Shown here: in pieces, positions 27,149 to 36,100 of the stretch
How positions within the stretch are numbered: the first letter of the stretch is position 1
Layout of the letters: every line of letters starts with the position of its first letter
NCBI GenBank assembly: GCA_007693835.1
Contig: RECW01000142.1
Location: 36,887 to 100,886 of the forward strand
Direction of reading: 5' to 3'
Origin: Paracoccaceae bacterium
Lineage (GTDB): Bacteria > Pseudomonadota > Alphaproteobacteria > Rhodobacterales > Rhodobacteraceae
Length of the DNA: 64,000 bases
Translations under genes and position numbers: made by a program
Notes under the pieces: generated by a model
Told to the model about the DNA's origin: nothing
Seen by the model: the letters and a program-made list of their open reading frames with translations, nothing else
Databases searched by the model: none

Positions 27149-27841
27149 TCAGGCGCGGCGGCGGCGGCCGGCGGCGCCGAGCGCCACCATGCCCGCCCCG
27201 AGCAGCCACGCGGCGGCGGGCAGGGGAACCGGCGTCGCGGTGACGAGGTTCTGGCTGAACTGCTCGCCGCCGGCGTTCGTCTGCGACGCGAGGAAGGTCA
27301 GGCGGAAATCGCCGGTCTGAGGGCCGGCGAGGTTGCTGAGCAGCGTCGCGGCGAAGTTCCGGGCATTGGCGTTGGACGATGTCTCGACGAAGCGGCCGTT
27401 GGTCACGTTGAGCCCTTCGGTCGAGTCGGTGTCGTAGACGATCTCCCAGACCGCGACCTGGAAGCCCGCCATCTGATGCGCGTTCGACGTGTCGAGGGTG
27501 GTGTAGGCGGTGTTGTAGAGTCGCGTCAGATTGTCGCGAACGGACGCGGTGAAGAGCGAGGCGATCTGGTACGGCGACCCGGGCGCGCCGACGCTGAGGA
27601 AGTTCTCGAGATCGACGCAGAAAGCGAGGAAGTCGCCGAAATCGGGCGCGCCGGTGAGGGCGAACTGTCCCGCCTGCGGTGTCGCGCCGGCGCCGTCGAG
27701 CGTATAGCTGACGCTGCGATTGGCCGTGCCGCCCCACAGATCGCCGGTCTGCTGCGTCACGGTGATGGTGGAGGCCGAGGCCGCGCCGGCGGCGACGACG
27801 AGAATGGCGGCGGCGGAGGCGAGTCGGGTGGCGATGGTCAT
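27149..27841 (-). CDS. Secreted VPLPA-CTERM (PEP-CTERM variant) sorting-domain protein
   Basis: Part of track ORF 27149..27886(-). ATG 27841 follows AGGAG. Signal peptide MTIATRLASAAAILVVAAGAASA. The C-terminus VPLPAAAWLLGAGMVALGAAGRRRRA is motif + TM helix + Arg cluster. Confidence 0.8.
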   Translation of the reverse strand: MTIATRLASAAAILVVAAGAASASTITVTQQTGDLWGGTANRSVSYTLDGAGATPQAGQFALTGAPDFGDFLAFCVDLENFLSVGAPGSPYQIASLFTASVRDNLTRLYNTAYTTLDTSNAHQMAGFQVAVWEIVYDTDSTEGLNVTNGRFVETSSNANARNFAATLLSNLAGPQTGDFRLTFLASQTNAGGEQFSQNLVTATPVPLPAAAWLLGAGMVALGAAGRRRRA

Positions 27842-28092
27842 GTCTGTACTCCTGACTGACGGACGAAAGCGAACACCCGCTCTCAACGCGGACGAATCCG
27901 CGGAAAATCACGCTTTTAAGTCGAGCGATAACGAACCCTGCACGTCTTGCGGGGGTCGGCGCGCCTCGGCGGGGCGCGCATGACGCTTCCGGGTTGCAGA
28001 AGCGGTTGAGACACGCGCCGGTCTCGCCCACCCTCAGCCACGTGCCCGGCCCGGTCGCCGCGATGATGGTCGGCGCGGGGCATGGAGGGCGC

Positions 28093-28446
28093 ATGGCGGA
28101 GTCGGTCAGTCGGCGGATCGTACGGCGGACGACCATCGTGGTCGCGGCCTTCGCCGTCCGGGTCTGGCCGTGGTTCAACCCCGACGGGCCGCTCGGCCGG
28201 TTTCCGATGGAGGACGACGCCCTCATCCGCGAGCAGCCGACGGACGACATCCGCGAAGCGGTCGCCCCCCGCTATGGGGAGAACCGCGCCCTGAGCCAGC
28301 GGCGCGGACAGGGGACGCGCCGGGGCCTCCCGTTCGGCTACGCGGTTCTCCGCCCGAAGGGCGCGCTCTGCGACCATCTGCGCGCCCGACGCGCCAAGGC
28401 GGTCTCGAGGCCGGCCGAGGCGCAGGCGCCGAAGGCCGGCCGATGA
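28093..28446 (+). CDS. Hypothetical protein (117 aa) with one N-terminal TM segment
   Basis: Part of track ORF 27994..28446. ATG 28093 follows GGAGG. GC3 is near-saturated. Its TGA overlaps the ATG of the next gene (ATGA). Confidence 0.45.
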   Translation: MAESVSRRIVRRTTIVVAAFAVRVWPWFNPDGPLGRFPMEDDALIREQPTDDIREAVAPRYGENRALSQRRGQGTRRGLPFGYAVLRPKGALCDHLRARRAKAVSRPAEAQAPKAGR

Positions 28447-29426
28447 GCCTCGCGGAGATCCCGGTGCTCGACCTCGGGCCGGACTGGCCGGTCGAAGCGC
28501 TCGGCCGCTGCCCCGACCGGGCGCATGCGCTGCTCGACGGGGCGCAGGGCGCGCTTCCCGACGCGCTGGCGCGCCTCGCCGACCGGATGGCGCGGCGCTG
28601 GCTGGCGCGGTCGGGCGCGCCCTATCTCGACGAACTCGACAGGACGGCGGCGGCGCTCGGCCGGCCGGGAGCGCACTTTCTGAACGTCAGCTACGAGTGG
28701 GGCTGCTCGACCGTCGCGGCCCCCGGGCTTCAAGGGGGCGCCCCGCGGCTCGCGCGGGTGCTCGACTGGCCGACGCCGGGGCTCGGGCGCTGGGCGATCG
28801 CGATGCGGCTGAAGGGGTCCGCCGGACCGTGGGCGGCGGTCGGCTGGCCGGGCTACGGCGGTGTGCTGCAGGGGGTGGCGCCCGGGCGCTTCGCCGCCGC
28901 GCTCAACCAGGCGCCGATGCCGAGGCCCGTCGGCATCTACCCCGCCGACTGGGCGGTGAACGCGGCGCGCACCTGGTCGCGCCCGCGGCTGACGCCCGCG
29001 CATCTGCTTCGGCGCGTGTTCGAGACGGCTGACGGGTTCGCGACGGCGCGCGCGATGCTCGCCGAGGCGGCGCTGTCGACGGGCGCGATCTTCACGCTGG
29101 CCGGCTGCGCGGCGGGCGAGACGGCGGTGATCGAGCGCACGCCGGATGCGGCCGCCTTTCCTGAAGGCCCGGCGCTCGCGGTGAACGCCTGGCGCAGCCC
29201 GCGTCTCGCGGGGCGACCGCGGGGCGAGGACAATCCCGGCCGCCTCGCCGCCATCGCCGCTCTCGCGCCGGGGTTCGACGCGCCCGAGACGTGGCTGGCG
29301 CCGCCCGTGCTCAACGACAGGACGCGGCTCGTCTTCGTGGCGGAGCCGGTCACCGGCGCGTTTCTCGCCCAGGGTTTCGAGCGCCGGCGGCCCGTCACGG
29401 CCCTGCTGCGCGCCGACGTCGCGTGA
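28443..29426 (+). CDS. Acid-ceramidase/NAAA-like Ntn-hydrolase family protein (choloylglycine-hydrolase fold), cytoplasmic
   Basis: Part of track ORF 28170..29426; ATG 28443. The blocks EWG-C88-STVAAP, LARVLDWP and WPGYGGVLQGVAPGRFAAALNQ parallel the eukaryotic CTSIV nucleophile, HGRN(L/M)D and F-x-GYVGxLTG...LNER blocks. About 87 aa precede the Cys. Confidence 0.6.
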   Translation: MSLAEIPVLDLGPDWPVEALGRCPDRAHALLDGAQGALPDALARLADRMARRWLARSGAPYLDELDRTAAALGRPGAHFLNVSYEWGCSTVAAPGLQGGAPRLARVLDWPTPGLGRWAIAMRLKGSAGPWAAVGWPGYGGVLQGVAPGRFAAALNQAPMPRPVGIYPADWAVNAARTWSRPRLTPAHLLRRVFETADGFATARAMLAEAALSTGAIFTLAGCAAGETAVIERTPDAAAFPEGPALAVNAWRSPRLAGRPRGEDNPGRLAAIAALAPGFDAPETWLAPPVLNDRTRLVFVAEPVTGAFLAQGFERRRPVTALLRADVA

Positions 29427-29437
29427 GGCGCGATTTG

Positions 29438-29452
29438 CTGCGCCGCACAAAT
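29438..29452 (+). repeat. 15-nt exact intergenic repeat CTGCGCCGCACAAAT, copy 1; embedded in ATTTG-N10-CAAAT
   Basis: Read directly at 29438-29452, 59 nt upstream of the MFS ATG. The outer arms ATTTG (29433-37) and CAAAT (29448-52) are inverted. Confidence 0.6.
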
Positions 29453-29511
29453 CCCCTTTCCGTCGCTGATCGATTCGGCGTAACCACGCGCCTGGGGGCG
29501 GAGGAACCGTG

Positions 29512-30723
29512 ATGCGGCCTTTTCCGGTGTCGACGGCGGCGGGCGACAAGCGCAGTTACTACCGTCTGTTCTCGGGCTACGTGCTGGCGATGGTCTCGAC
29601 GGGGGTCGCCGTCGTCGCCCTGTCGGTGCTGGCGTTCCGCATCGCCGGCGAGGACGCCGGGGCGGTGATCGGCACGGCGTTGTCGATCAAGATGCTGGCC
29701 TATGTGCTGGGCGCGCCGCTGGCGGCGGCGTATCTCTCAGCCGTGCCGCGGCGGCCGCTGATGGTGGGGCTCGACCTGCTGCGCGCCGGCGCGATCTTCG
29801 CCCTGCCCTTCGTCACCCACGTCTGGCAGATCTACGCGCTCGTTTTCCTGTTCACGCTGTGCTCGGCGGCGTTCACGCCGGCCTATCAGGCCAGCGTGCC
29901 CCACCTGCTGCCCGACCCGGACGCCTACGCCACCTCGCTCGCGCGCTCGCGCGTGGCGAGCGAGCTTGAGGGCGCCGTCAGCCCCCTGATCGCCGCCGCG
30001 CTGTTCCTCGCGCTCAGCCTGCGCGGCGTGTTCCTCGCGGCGATGTCGGGGTTCCTGCTCTCGGCGCTGCTGATCGCAAGCGCCCGGTTGCCGACGCCGA
30101 CGCCCCGGACGGGCGCGCTGGCGACGGTCTTCGACGGTTTCCGAAGGTTGTTCTCGAACCGGGCGCTTCGGGGTCTGCCGCCGCTCGCCCTCGGGGTCGG
30201 CGCGGCGAGCGCCATGGTGATGGTGAACACGGTCGTGCTGGTGCAGGGCGACTACACGCTGCCCGAGGAGGCGACCGCGCTGGCGCTTGGCGTGTTCGGG
30301 CTCGGCTCGGTCGCCGGGGCGCTGGCGCTGCCGCCGCTGCTGCGCCGCGCGCCGGAACGCGCGCTGATGCTCGCGGGCGGCGCCACCATGGCCGGGGCGC
30401 TGGCGCTCGGGACCTTCGCCCAGCTCTACGCCACGTTGCTGGCGCTCTGGGCGGCGATCGGGCTGGGAGCGGCGCTGGCCTCGGCGCCGGCCGCGTCGCT
30501 GATCCGTCGCGCCGTCGAGCCCGAGGCGCACCAGACGGTCTACGCCGCCTGGTTCTCGTGGTCGGCTGCGTCGATGGGGATCGGCTACGCCGCGGCCGGC
30601 TGGCTCGGGGCGACCATCTCGCTCGAGGCGACCTTCGCCGCGCTCGCCGTCTTCGCCGCGGCGGCCGCCGGTCTGGCGGCGCTGCTGTGGCCCGCCTTGG
30701 CGCCACGTCCCACGACGCCCTGA
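29512..30723 (+). CDS. MFS transporter (MFS_3/EntS-like)
   Basis: ATG 29512 follows GGAGG at 7 nt. About 12 TM segments. Blocks SIKMLAYVLGAPLAAAYL and PRRPLMVGLDLLRAG. Confidence 0.85.
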   Translation: MRPFPVSTAAGDKRSYYRLFSGYVLAMVSTGVAVVALSVLAFRIAGEDAGAVIGTALSIKMLAYVLGAPLAAAYLSAVPRRPLMVGLDLLRAGAIFALPFVTHVWQIYALVFLFTLCSAAFTPAYQASVPHLLPDPDAYATSLARSRVASELEGAVSPLIAAALFLALSLRGVFLAAMSGFLLSALLIASARLPTPTPRTGALATVFDGFRRLFSNRALRGLPPLALGVGAASAMVMVNTVVLVQGDYTLPEEATALALGVFGLGSVAGALALPPLLRRAPERALMLAGGATMAGALALGTFAQLYATLLALWAAIGLGAALASAPAASLIRRAVEPEAHQTVYAAWFSWSAASMGIGYAAAGWLGATISLEATFAALAVFAAAAAGLAALLWPALAPRPTTP

Positions 30724-30752
30724 TCCTTTGCTCCGAATCGCGGGGCGGACTA

Positions 30753-30767
30753 CTGCGCCGCACAAAT
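30753..30767 (+). repeat. 15-nt exact intergenic repeat CTGCGCCGCACAAAT, copy 2
   Basis: Read directly at 30753-30767, 17 nt upstream of the patatin ATG and just before its GGAGG. Confidence 0.6.
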
Positions 30768-30784
30768 TCTCTGGAGGACCCCGA

Positions 30785-31837
30785 ATGGCCGAGACTGCGA
30801 AATCCGGCGCGGCGCGCCGCGCGGCCAAGGAGCCGCTGCTGATCGACCTCGCGCTGCAGGGCGGCGGCTCGCACGGCGCCTTCACCTGGGGCGTGCTCGA
30901 CCGGATGCTGGAGGAGGACTGGCTGACCATCGAGGGCGTCTCCGGCACCTCGGCCGGCGCGATGAACGCGGCCGTCATGGCCTGCGGCCTCGCCTCGGGC
31001 GGGCGCGAGACGGCGCGGGAGATGCTGGCGGCCTTCTGGCGCAAGGTGTCGGACGCGGCGCGGTTCAGCCCGTTCAAGCGCGGCCCCGTCGACATGATGC
31101 TGGGGCGCTGGACGCTCGACAACTCGCCGGCCTTCATCGCCATGGACCTGATGGCGCGGCTGGTCTCGCCCTATACGCTCGGCGGCGTGGCGGGGAACCC
31201 GCTCCGCGACATCCTGATCGAGATGATCGACTTCAAGGCGCTGGCCGAAGGGCCGGTGAAGCTGTTCATCACCGCGACCAACGTCCACACCGGCCAGGGC
31301 CGCGTCTTCCGCCGCCACGAGATCAGCGCCGACGTGCTGCTCGCCTCGGCCTGCCTGCCGTCGCTCTACCAGGCGGTGGAGATCGACGGGATCCCCTACT
31401 GGGACGGCGGCTATTTCGGGAACCCGACGATGACCCCGCTGGTGCGCGAGTGCGAGAGCAACGACACCTTCCTCATCCAGATCAACCCGGTCGTCCGCCC
31501 CACCACGCCCAAGACCGCGCGCGACATCGAGAGCCGGCTGAACGAGATCAGCTTCAACGCGCCGCTGCTGAAGGAGCTGCGGATGATGGCGATGATGCGC
31601 CGCGTCGCCGACCCCGGCCACCCGGAGGCCAAGGCGCTCGCCGAGATGCGGATCCACCGCATCACCTCGGACCTGATGGTGACGCTCGGCCATTCCTCGA
31701 AGCTCAACGCCGAATGGCCGTTCCTGCAGATGCTGTTCGAGGCGGGGCGGCAGGCCGCCATCGACTTCGGGCGCGCGCATCTCGACGACGTCGGCGTGCG
31801 TTCGACCTACGACATCGACAGCCTGCTGGAGGTCTAG
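30785..31837 (+). CDS. Patatin-like phospholipase/esterase
   Basis: Part of track ORF 30728..31837; ATG 30785. Oxyanion loop LQGGGSHGAF, nucleophile GVSGTSAGA (G-x-S-x-G), catalytic Asp in YWDGGY. Confidence 0.88.
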   Translation: MAETAKSGAARRAAKEPLLIDLALQGGGSHGAFTWGVLDRMLEEDWLTIEGVSGTSAGAMNAAVMACGLASGGRETAREMLAAFWRKVSDAARFSPFKRGPVDMMLGRWTLDNSPAFIAMDLMARLVSPYTLGGVAGNPLRDILIEMIDFKALAEGPVKLFITATNVHTGQGRVFRRHEISADVLLASACLPSLYQAVEIDGIPYWDGGYFGNPTMTPLVRECESNDTFLIQINPVVRPTTPKTARDIESRLNEISFNAPLLKELRMMAMMRRVADPGHPEAKALAEMRIHRITSDLMVTLGHSSKLNAEWPFLQMLFEAGRQAAIDFGRAHLDDVGVRSTYDIDSLLEV

Positions 31838-31841
31838 GCGC

Positions 31842-33296
31842 ATGGGCGGTCTTCTCGGCCTCGTCGGCATCCTCGCGGGCCTCGCGCTGCTGATGGCGCT
31901 GGCCTTCCGGGGCTGGACCATCCTGCTGCTGGCGCCGCTGGCCGCGCTGGTCGCCGCGGCCTTCTCCGGCGAGCCGTTGCTCGCGCACTGGACGCAGACG
32001 TTCATGACGGCCGCGGCGGGCTTCGTCGCGCAATTCTTCCCGCTGTTCCTGCTCGGCGCCCTGTTCGGCAAGCTGATGGACGACTCGGGCTCGGTCGGCG
32101 CCATCGCCGACTTCATGACCGAGAAGCTCGGCCCCTCCCGCGCGATCCTCGCGGTGGTGCTGGCGGGCGCGATGGTCACCTACGGCGGCGTCTCGCTGTT
32201 CGTCGCCTTCTTCGTGCTGGCGCCGATGGGCAAGGCGCTGTTCCGCGCCGGCCGCGTGCCCAAGCGCCTGCTGCCGGCGGCCATCGCGCTCGGCACCTCG
32301 ACCTTCACCATGTCGGCGATGCCGGGGACGCCAGCGATCCAGAACGCCATCCCGATGCCGTTCTTCGGCACCACGCCCTTCGCCGCGCCGGGGCTCGGCG
32401 TGATCGCCTCGCTGGTGATGTTCGGCTTCGGCATGTGGTGGCTCGGGCTGCGCCGCTCGCGGGCCGAGGCTGCGGGGGAAGGCTACGCCTACGCCGGGAC
32501 GCCCGAGTCCGACCCGGTCGCGATCCGCGAGCTCGCCACCACGGCGCGGGAGTTCGACCCGGCGGAGATCGACAAGGGCGCGAAGGCGGTCGACCGCCCG
32601 CCCGTGGCGCTCGCGGTGCTGCCGCTGATCGTGGTGGTCGGCGTCAACCTGCTGATGTCGCAGGTGGTGCTGCCGGCGCTGAACTTCGACTTCCTGGCCG
32701 AGCCGCAGTGGGGCGGCGTGTCGCTCTCGGCGGTCGGCGGCGTCTGGTCGGTGGCGGTGGCGCTGCTGACGGCGATCGTCGTGCTGGTCGCGCTGAACCT
32801 CAACCGGTTCGCGGCGCTGCGCGACAGCGTCGACGCGGGCGCCAACGCGGCCGTGCTGCCGGTGCTGAGCGTGGCCTCGCTGGTCGGCTTCGGCGCGGTG
32901 GTGGCGGCGATGCCGGCCTTCGGGCTGGTGCGCGACTGGGTGCTCGGGATCGGCGGCGGGCCGCTGGTCTCGCTCGCGGTCGCGACCAACATCCTCGCCG
33001 CGCTCACGGGCTCGGCGTCGGGCGGCATGACCATCGCGCTGCAGGCGCTCGGCCCCACCTTCATGCAGATCGCGGCCGACACAGGGCTCGACCCGTCGCT
33101 GATGCACCGCGTCGCCGTGATCGCCTCGGGCACGCTCGACAGCCTGCCGCACAACGGCGCCGTGGTGACGATGCTCGCCGTCTGCGGCTGCACCCACAAG
33201 GAGAGCTACCTCGACGTCGTGATGGTCGCCGTCCTGGGCGCGATCATCGCGTTGGTCGGCGTCATCGTGCTCGGCACGGCCTTCGGGTCGTTCTGA
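31842..33296 (+). CDS. GntP-family (gluconate/hydroxy-acid:H+) permease
   Basis: 484 aa. It starts 4 nt after the patatin stop. About 12 TM segments. Blocks GKLMDDSGS, TFTMSAMPGTPAIQN and SGTLDSLPHNGAVV. Confidence 0.85.
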   Translation: MGGLLGLVGILAGLALLMALAFRGWTILLLAPLAALVAAAFSGEPLLAHWTQTFMTAAAGFVAQFFPLFLLGALFGKLMDDSGSVGAIADFMTEKLGPSRAILAVVLAGAMVTYGGVSLFVAFFVLAPMGKALFRAGRVPKRLLPAAIALGTSTFTMSAMPGTPAIQNAIPMPFFGTTPFAAPGLGVIASLVMFGFGMWWLGLRRSRAEAAGEGYAYAGTPESDPVAIRELATTAREFDPAEIDKGAKAVDRPPVALAVLPLIVVVGVNLLMSQVVLPALNFDFLAEPQWGGVSLSAVGGVWSVAVALLTAIVVLVALNLNRFAALRDSVDAGANAAVLPVLSVASLVGFGAVVAAMPAFGLVRDWVLGIGGGPLVSLAVATNILAALTGSASGGMTIALQALGPTFMQIAADTGLDPSLMHRVAVIASGTLDSLPHNGAVVTMLAVCGCTHKESYLDVVMVAVLGAIIALVGVIVLGTAFGSF

Positions 33297-33366
33297 CGCG
33301 CAAACGCCGCTTTTCTGCCGGCCCGATCGCTCGTAAGCAAGAGAGCGACAACCTGAGGAGACGTCC

Positions 33367-33864
33367 ATGGCCGACCTGATCGCCATCGAGTTCGACGACC
33401 CCGCCGCGGCCTTCGCGCTGCGCGCGGAGCTCGTGAAGCTCCAGAAGGACTATCTGATCGAGATGGAGGACGCCGTCGTCGTCACCCGCGACGAGGCCGG
33501 CAAGGTGCAGCTGCACCAGGCGGTCAACCTGACGGCCGCCGGCGCGGCGGGCGGCACGCTCTGGGGCGCGCTGGTCGGGCTGATCTTTCTCAACCCGCTG
33601 CTCGGCGCGGCCATCGGGGCCGGGGCCGGGGCGCTCTCGGGCTGGATGACGGACATCGGCATCGACGACAACAAGATGAAGGAGATGGGCGAGAGCCTGC
33701 CGAACGGCGGTTCGGCCCTCTTCGTCCTCGTGCGCCGCGTCACGGGCGACAAGGTTCTGGACCGCCTCGGCGAGTGGCGCGGCAAGGGCAAGGTCATCTC
33801 GACGTCGCTGACCCACGAGCAGGAAGGCAAGCTCAGGGAGCTTTTCGAGAAGGCGCAGGCGTGA
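33367..33864 (+). CDS. DUF1269-like membrane protein
   Basis: 165 aa. Soluble ends flank a glycine-zipper segment AAGAAGGTLWGALVGLIFLNPLLGAAIGAGAGALSGW. Confidence 0.75.
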   Translation: MADLIAIEFDDPAAAFALRAELVKLQKDYLIEMEDAVVVTRDEAGKVQLHQAVNLTAAGAAGGTLWGALVGLIFLNPLLGAAIGAGAGALSGWMTDIGIDDNKMKEMGESLPNGGSALFVLVRRVTGDKVLDRLGEWRGKGKVISTSLTHEQEGKLRELFEKAQA

Positions 33865-33879
33865 CGCCGGCGACGGTCC

Positions 33880-34971
33880 ATGCCTGACGGCTCGCGGCTC
33901 GACGCGCCGTCCATCAGCCTGCGCGACCTCGTCCACGGGGTCGCGCTCACGCTGATGGTGGGGTGGATCCTGTTTCTCGGCCGCGGGATTTTCGTCCCGA
34001 TGGTCTCGGCGCTGCTGATCGTCTACATCGTGATCGGCGTCTCGAAGCTGACGACGGCCCTGCCGTGGATCGGGCCGCGCGTGCCGTTGCGGGTCCACTA
34101 CTTCTTGGCCGCGGTGGCCATCGGCTACGCGCTGATCGAGATGGTCGCCGTGTTCAGCGCGAACCTGGCGGCCATCGCCGCCCAGGCGCCGCGCTTCCAG
34201 TTCGCCATTCTCGCGCTGATCCAGGACGCGGCGGCGCGTTTCGGCGTCGAGGGCACCCTCACCTGGGCCACGATCCGGCGCGATCTCCTCGGCGAGATCA
34301 ACCTGCAGAGCATCGCGCGCACCACGCTGACCTCCGCCGCGACCATGCTGACCGGCCTGTTCTTCGTGCTGCTGAACGTCGCCTTCATGATGATGGAGCA
34401 GCGCAGCTTCTACACGAAGCTCGGCCGGCTCTCGAACGATCCGACGCGCGTCGCCCGCATCCTGGACGTGGTCACCGACATCAACGCCCGTGTCGGGCGC
34501 TATCTGGCGGTGAAGACGCTGATCAACGTGGCGCTCGGCGTCCTCAGCTACGCCATCATGACGCTTGCGGGCCTCGAGTTCGCGGTGTTCTGGGCGATCG
34601 TGATCGGCTTGCTCAACTACATTCCCTACATCGGCTCCTTCGTCGGCGTCGCCTTTCCGGTGGCGCTGTCGATCGTGCAGTTCGGGGAGTTCGACCAGGT
34701 GGTGGCGCTCGCGCTCGCGCTGACGGCGGCCCAGGTGCTGATGGGCAACGTGATCGAGCCGCAGGTGATGGGCACCTCGCTCAACCTCAGCCCCTACGTC
34801 ATCCTCGTCAGCCTGACCGCGTGGTCGAGTCTCTGGGGTGTGGCGGGAGCGCTGTTCTCGGTGCCGATCACCGCCGTCATGGTGATCGTCTTCTCGGAGT
34901 TTCCGGGCAGCCGACCCATCGCCGTGCTGCTGTCCAAGAACGGCGACGTGGCGCCGCGCGGCGGGGCCTGA
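33880..34971 (+). CDS. AI-2E/PerM (UPF0118) family transporter
   Basis: 363 aa with about 8 TM segments. Blocks LLNYIPYIGSFVG, GNVIEPQVMG and LFSVPITAV. Confidence 0.88.
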   Translation: MPDGSRLDAPSISLRDLVHGVALTLMVGWILFLGRGIFVPMVSALLIVYIVIGVSKLTTALPWIGPRVPLRVHYFLAAVAIGYALIEMVAVFSANLAAIAAQAPRFQFAILALIQDAAARFGVEGTLTWATIRRDLLGEINLQSIARTTLTSAATMLTGLFFVLLNVAFMMMEQRSFYTKLGRLSNDPTRVARILDVVTDINARVGRYLAVKTLINVALGVLSYAIMTLAGLEFAVFWAIVIGLLNYIPYIGSFVGVAFPVALSIVQFGEFDQVVALALALTAAQVLMGNVIEPQVMGTSLNLSPYVILVSLTAWSSLWGVAGALFSVPITAVMVIVFSEFPGSRPIAVLLSKNGDVAPRGGA

Positions 34972-35054
34972 GGCGCGGTTCGATGCCGGCGGCGCTTGCC
35001 GCGGCTTCGCTTCGGGCCGTATGATTCGCGCGACGTCAGCGAGGAACCGGCCCG

Positions 35055-36086
35055 ATGCGCACCGTCCACAGCGACCGGCACCTGTTGCGCGCCAACCGGA
35101 CCGAGTTGAACCAGGGCCGGCTCGTGCCGCCGTTCGAGAAGCCCGAGCGCGTCGCACACATCCTCGCCCGCCTCGCCGAGCGCGGGTTCCCCGCGGTGGA
35201 GCCGCCAGTCGAGCACGGCCTCGACATGGTCGCGCGCGTCCACGCGCCCGATTATCTCCACTTCCTCGAAACCGTCTGGCCGCGCTGGACGGCCGCGGGT
35301 TACGCCGGCGAGGCGATCCCCACCGTCTGGCCCTCGCGCCGCATGACGCGGAAGGGCCCGCCCGAGGAGATCGACGGCGCCATCGGCTGGTATGCGCTCT
35401 GCGGCGAAACCTCGATTTCGGGAGGCACGTGGGAGGCGGCGCGGGCCGCGGCCGACGTGGCGCTGACCGCGGCGGACCTCGTCGCCGGCGGCGAGCGCGC
35501 CGCCTTCGCGCTCTGCCGGCCGCCCGGCCACCACGCCGCGCAGGACATGTTCGGCGGCTACTGCTTCCTCAACAACGCCGCCATCGCCGCCGAGCGCCTG
35601 CGTGACAGGGGCGCCGCCACCGTCGCGGTGCTCGACGTCGACTTTCACCACGGCAACGGCACCCAGGCGATCTTCTGGGAGCGCGCGGACGTGCCGTTCC
35701 TGTCGCTCCACGGCGATCCGCGGTTCGAGTTCCCCTATTTCCTCGGCGGCGCCGACGAGATCGGGGCCGGGAAGGGCGAAGGGCGCAACGTCAACTACCC
35801 CCTCCCGCCCGGGACCGGGTTCGAGGCGTGGGCCGCCGCGCTCGAAGACGCCTGCGCCCGCATCAAGGCTTTCGGCGCCGAGGCGCTGGTCGTGTCGCTC
35901 GGCGTCGACACCTTCGCCGGCGACCCGATCAGTTCCTTCAAGCTGGCGAGCCCGGACTTCCTGACTTACGGCGCGCGGATCGCCCGCCTCGGCCTGCCCA
36001 CGCTGTTCGTCATGGAGGGCGGCTACGCGGTGGCCGAGATCGGGGTGAACACGGTCAACGTGCTGGAAGGCTTCCAAGGCGCCTGA
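35055..36086 (+). CDS. Histone-deacetylase-family amidohydrolase (acetylpolyamine/acetoin-utilisation type)
   Basis: 343 aa. Blocks CRPPGHHA, LDVDFHHGNGTQ, SLGVDTFAGDP and MEGGY. Confidence 0.88.
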   Translation: MRTVHSDRHLLRANRTELNQGRLVPPFEKPERVAHILARLAERGFPAVEPPVEHGLDMVARVHAPDYLHFLETVWPRWTAAGYAGEAIPTVWPSRRMTRKGPPEEIDGAIGWYALCGETSISGGTWEAARAAADVALTAADLVAGGERAAFALCRPPGHHAAQDMFGGYCFLNNAAIAAERLRDRGAATVAVLDVDFHHGNGTQAIFWERADVPFLSLHGDPRFEFPYFLGGADEIGAGKGEGRNVNYPLPPGTGFEAWAAALEDACARIKAFGAEALVVSLGVDTFAGDPISSFKLASPDFLTYGARIARLGLPTLFVMEGGYAVAEIGVNTVNVLEGFQGA

Positions 36087-36100
36087 GGGGGGAGAAGGCG

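Noticed and set aside
28170-29426. 418-aa version of the Ntn-hydrolase-like ORF
   Set aside because: The first 91 residues are Pro/Arg/Gly-rich and overlap the better-scoring 117-aa ORF in another frame. ATG 28443 with its ATGA coupling is preferred.
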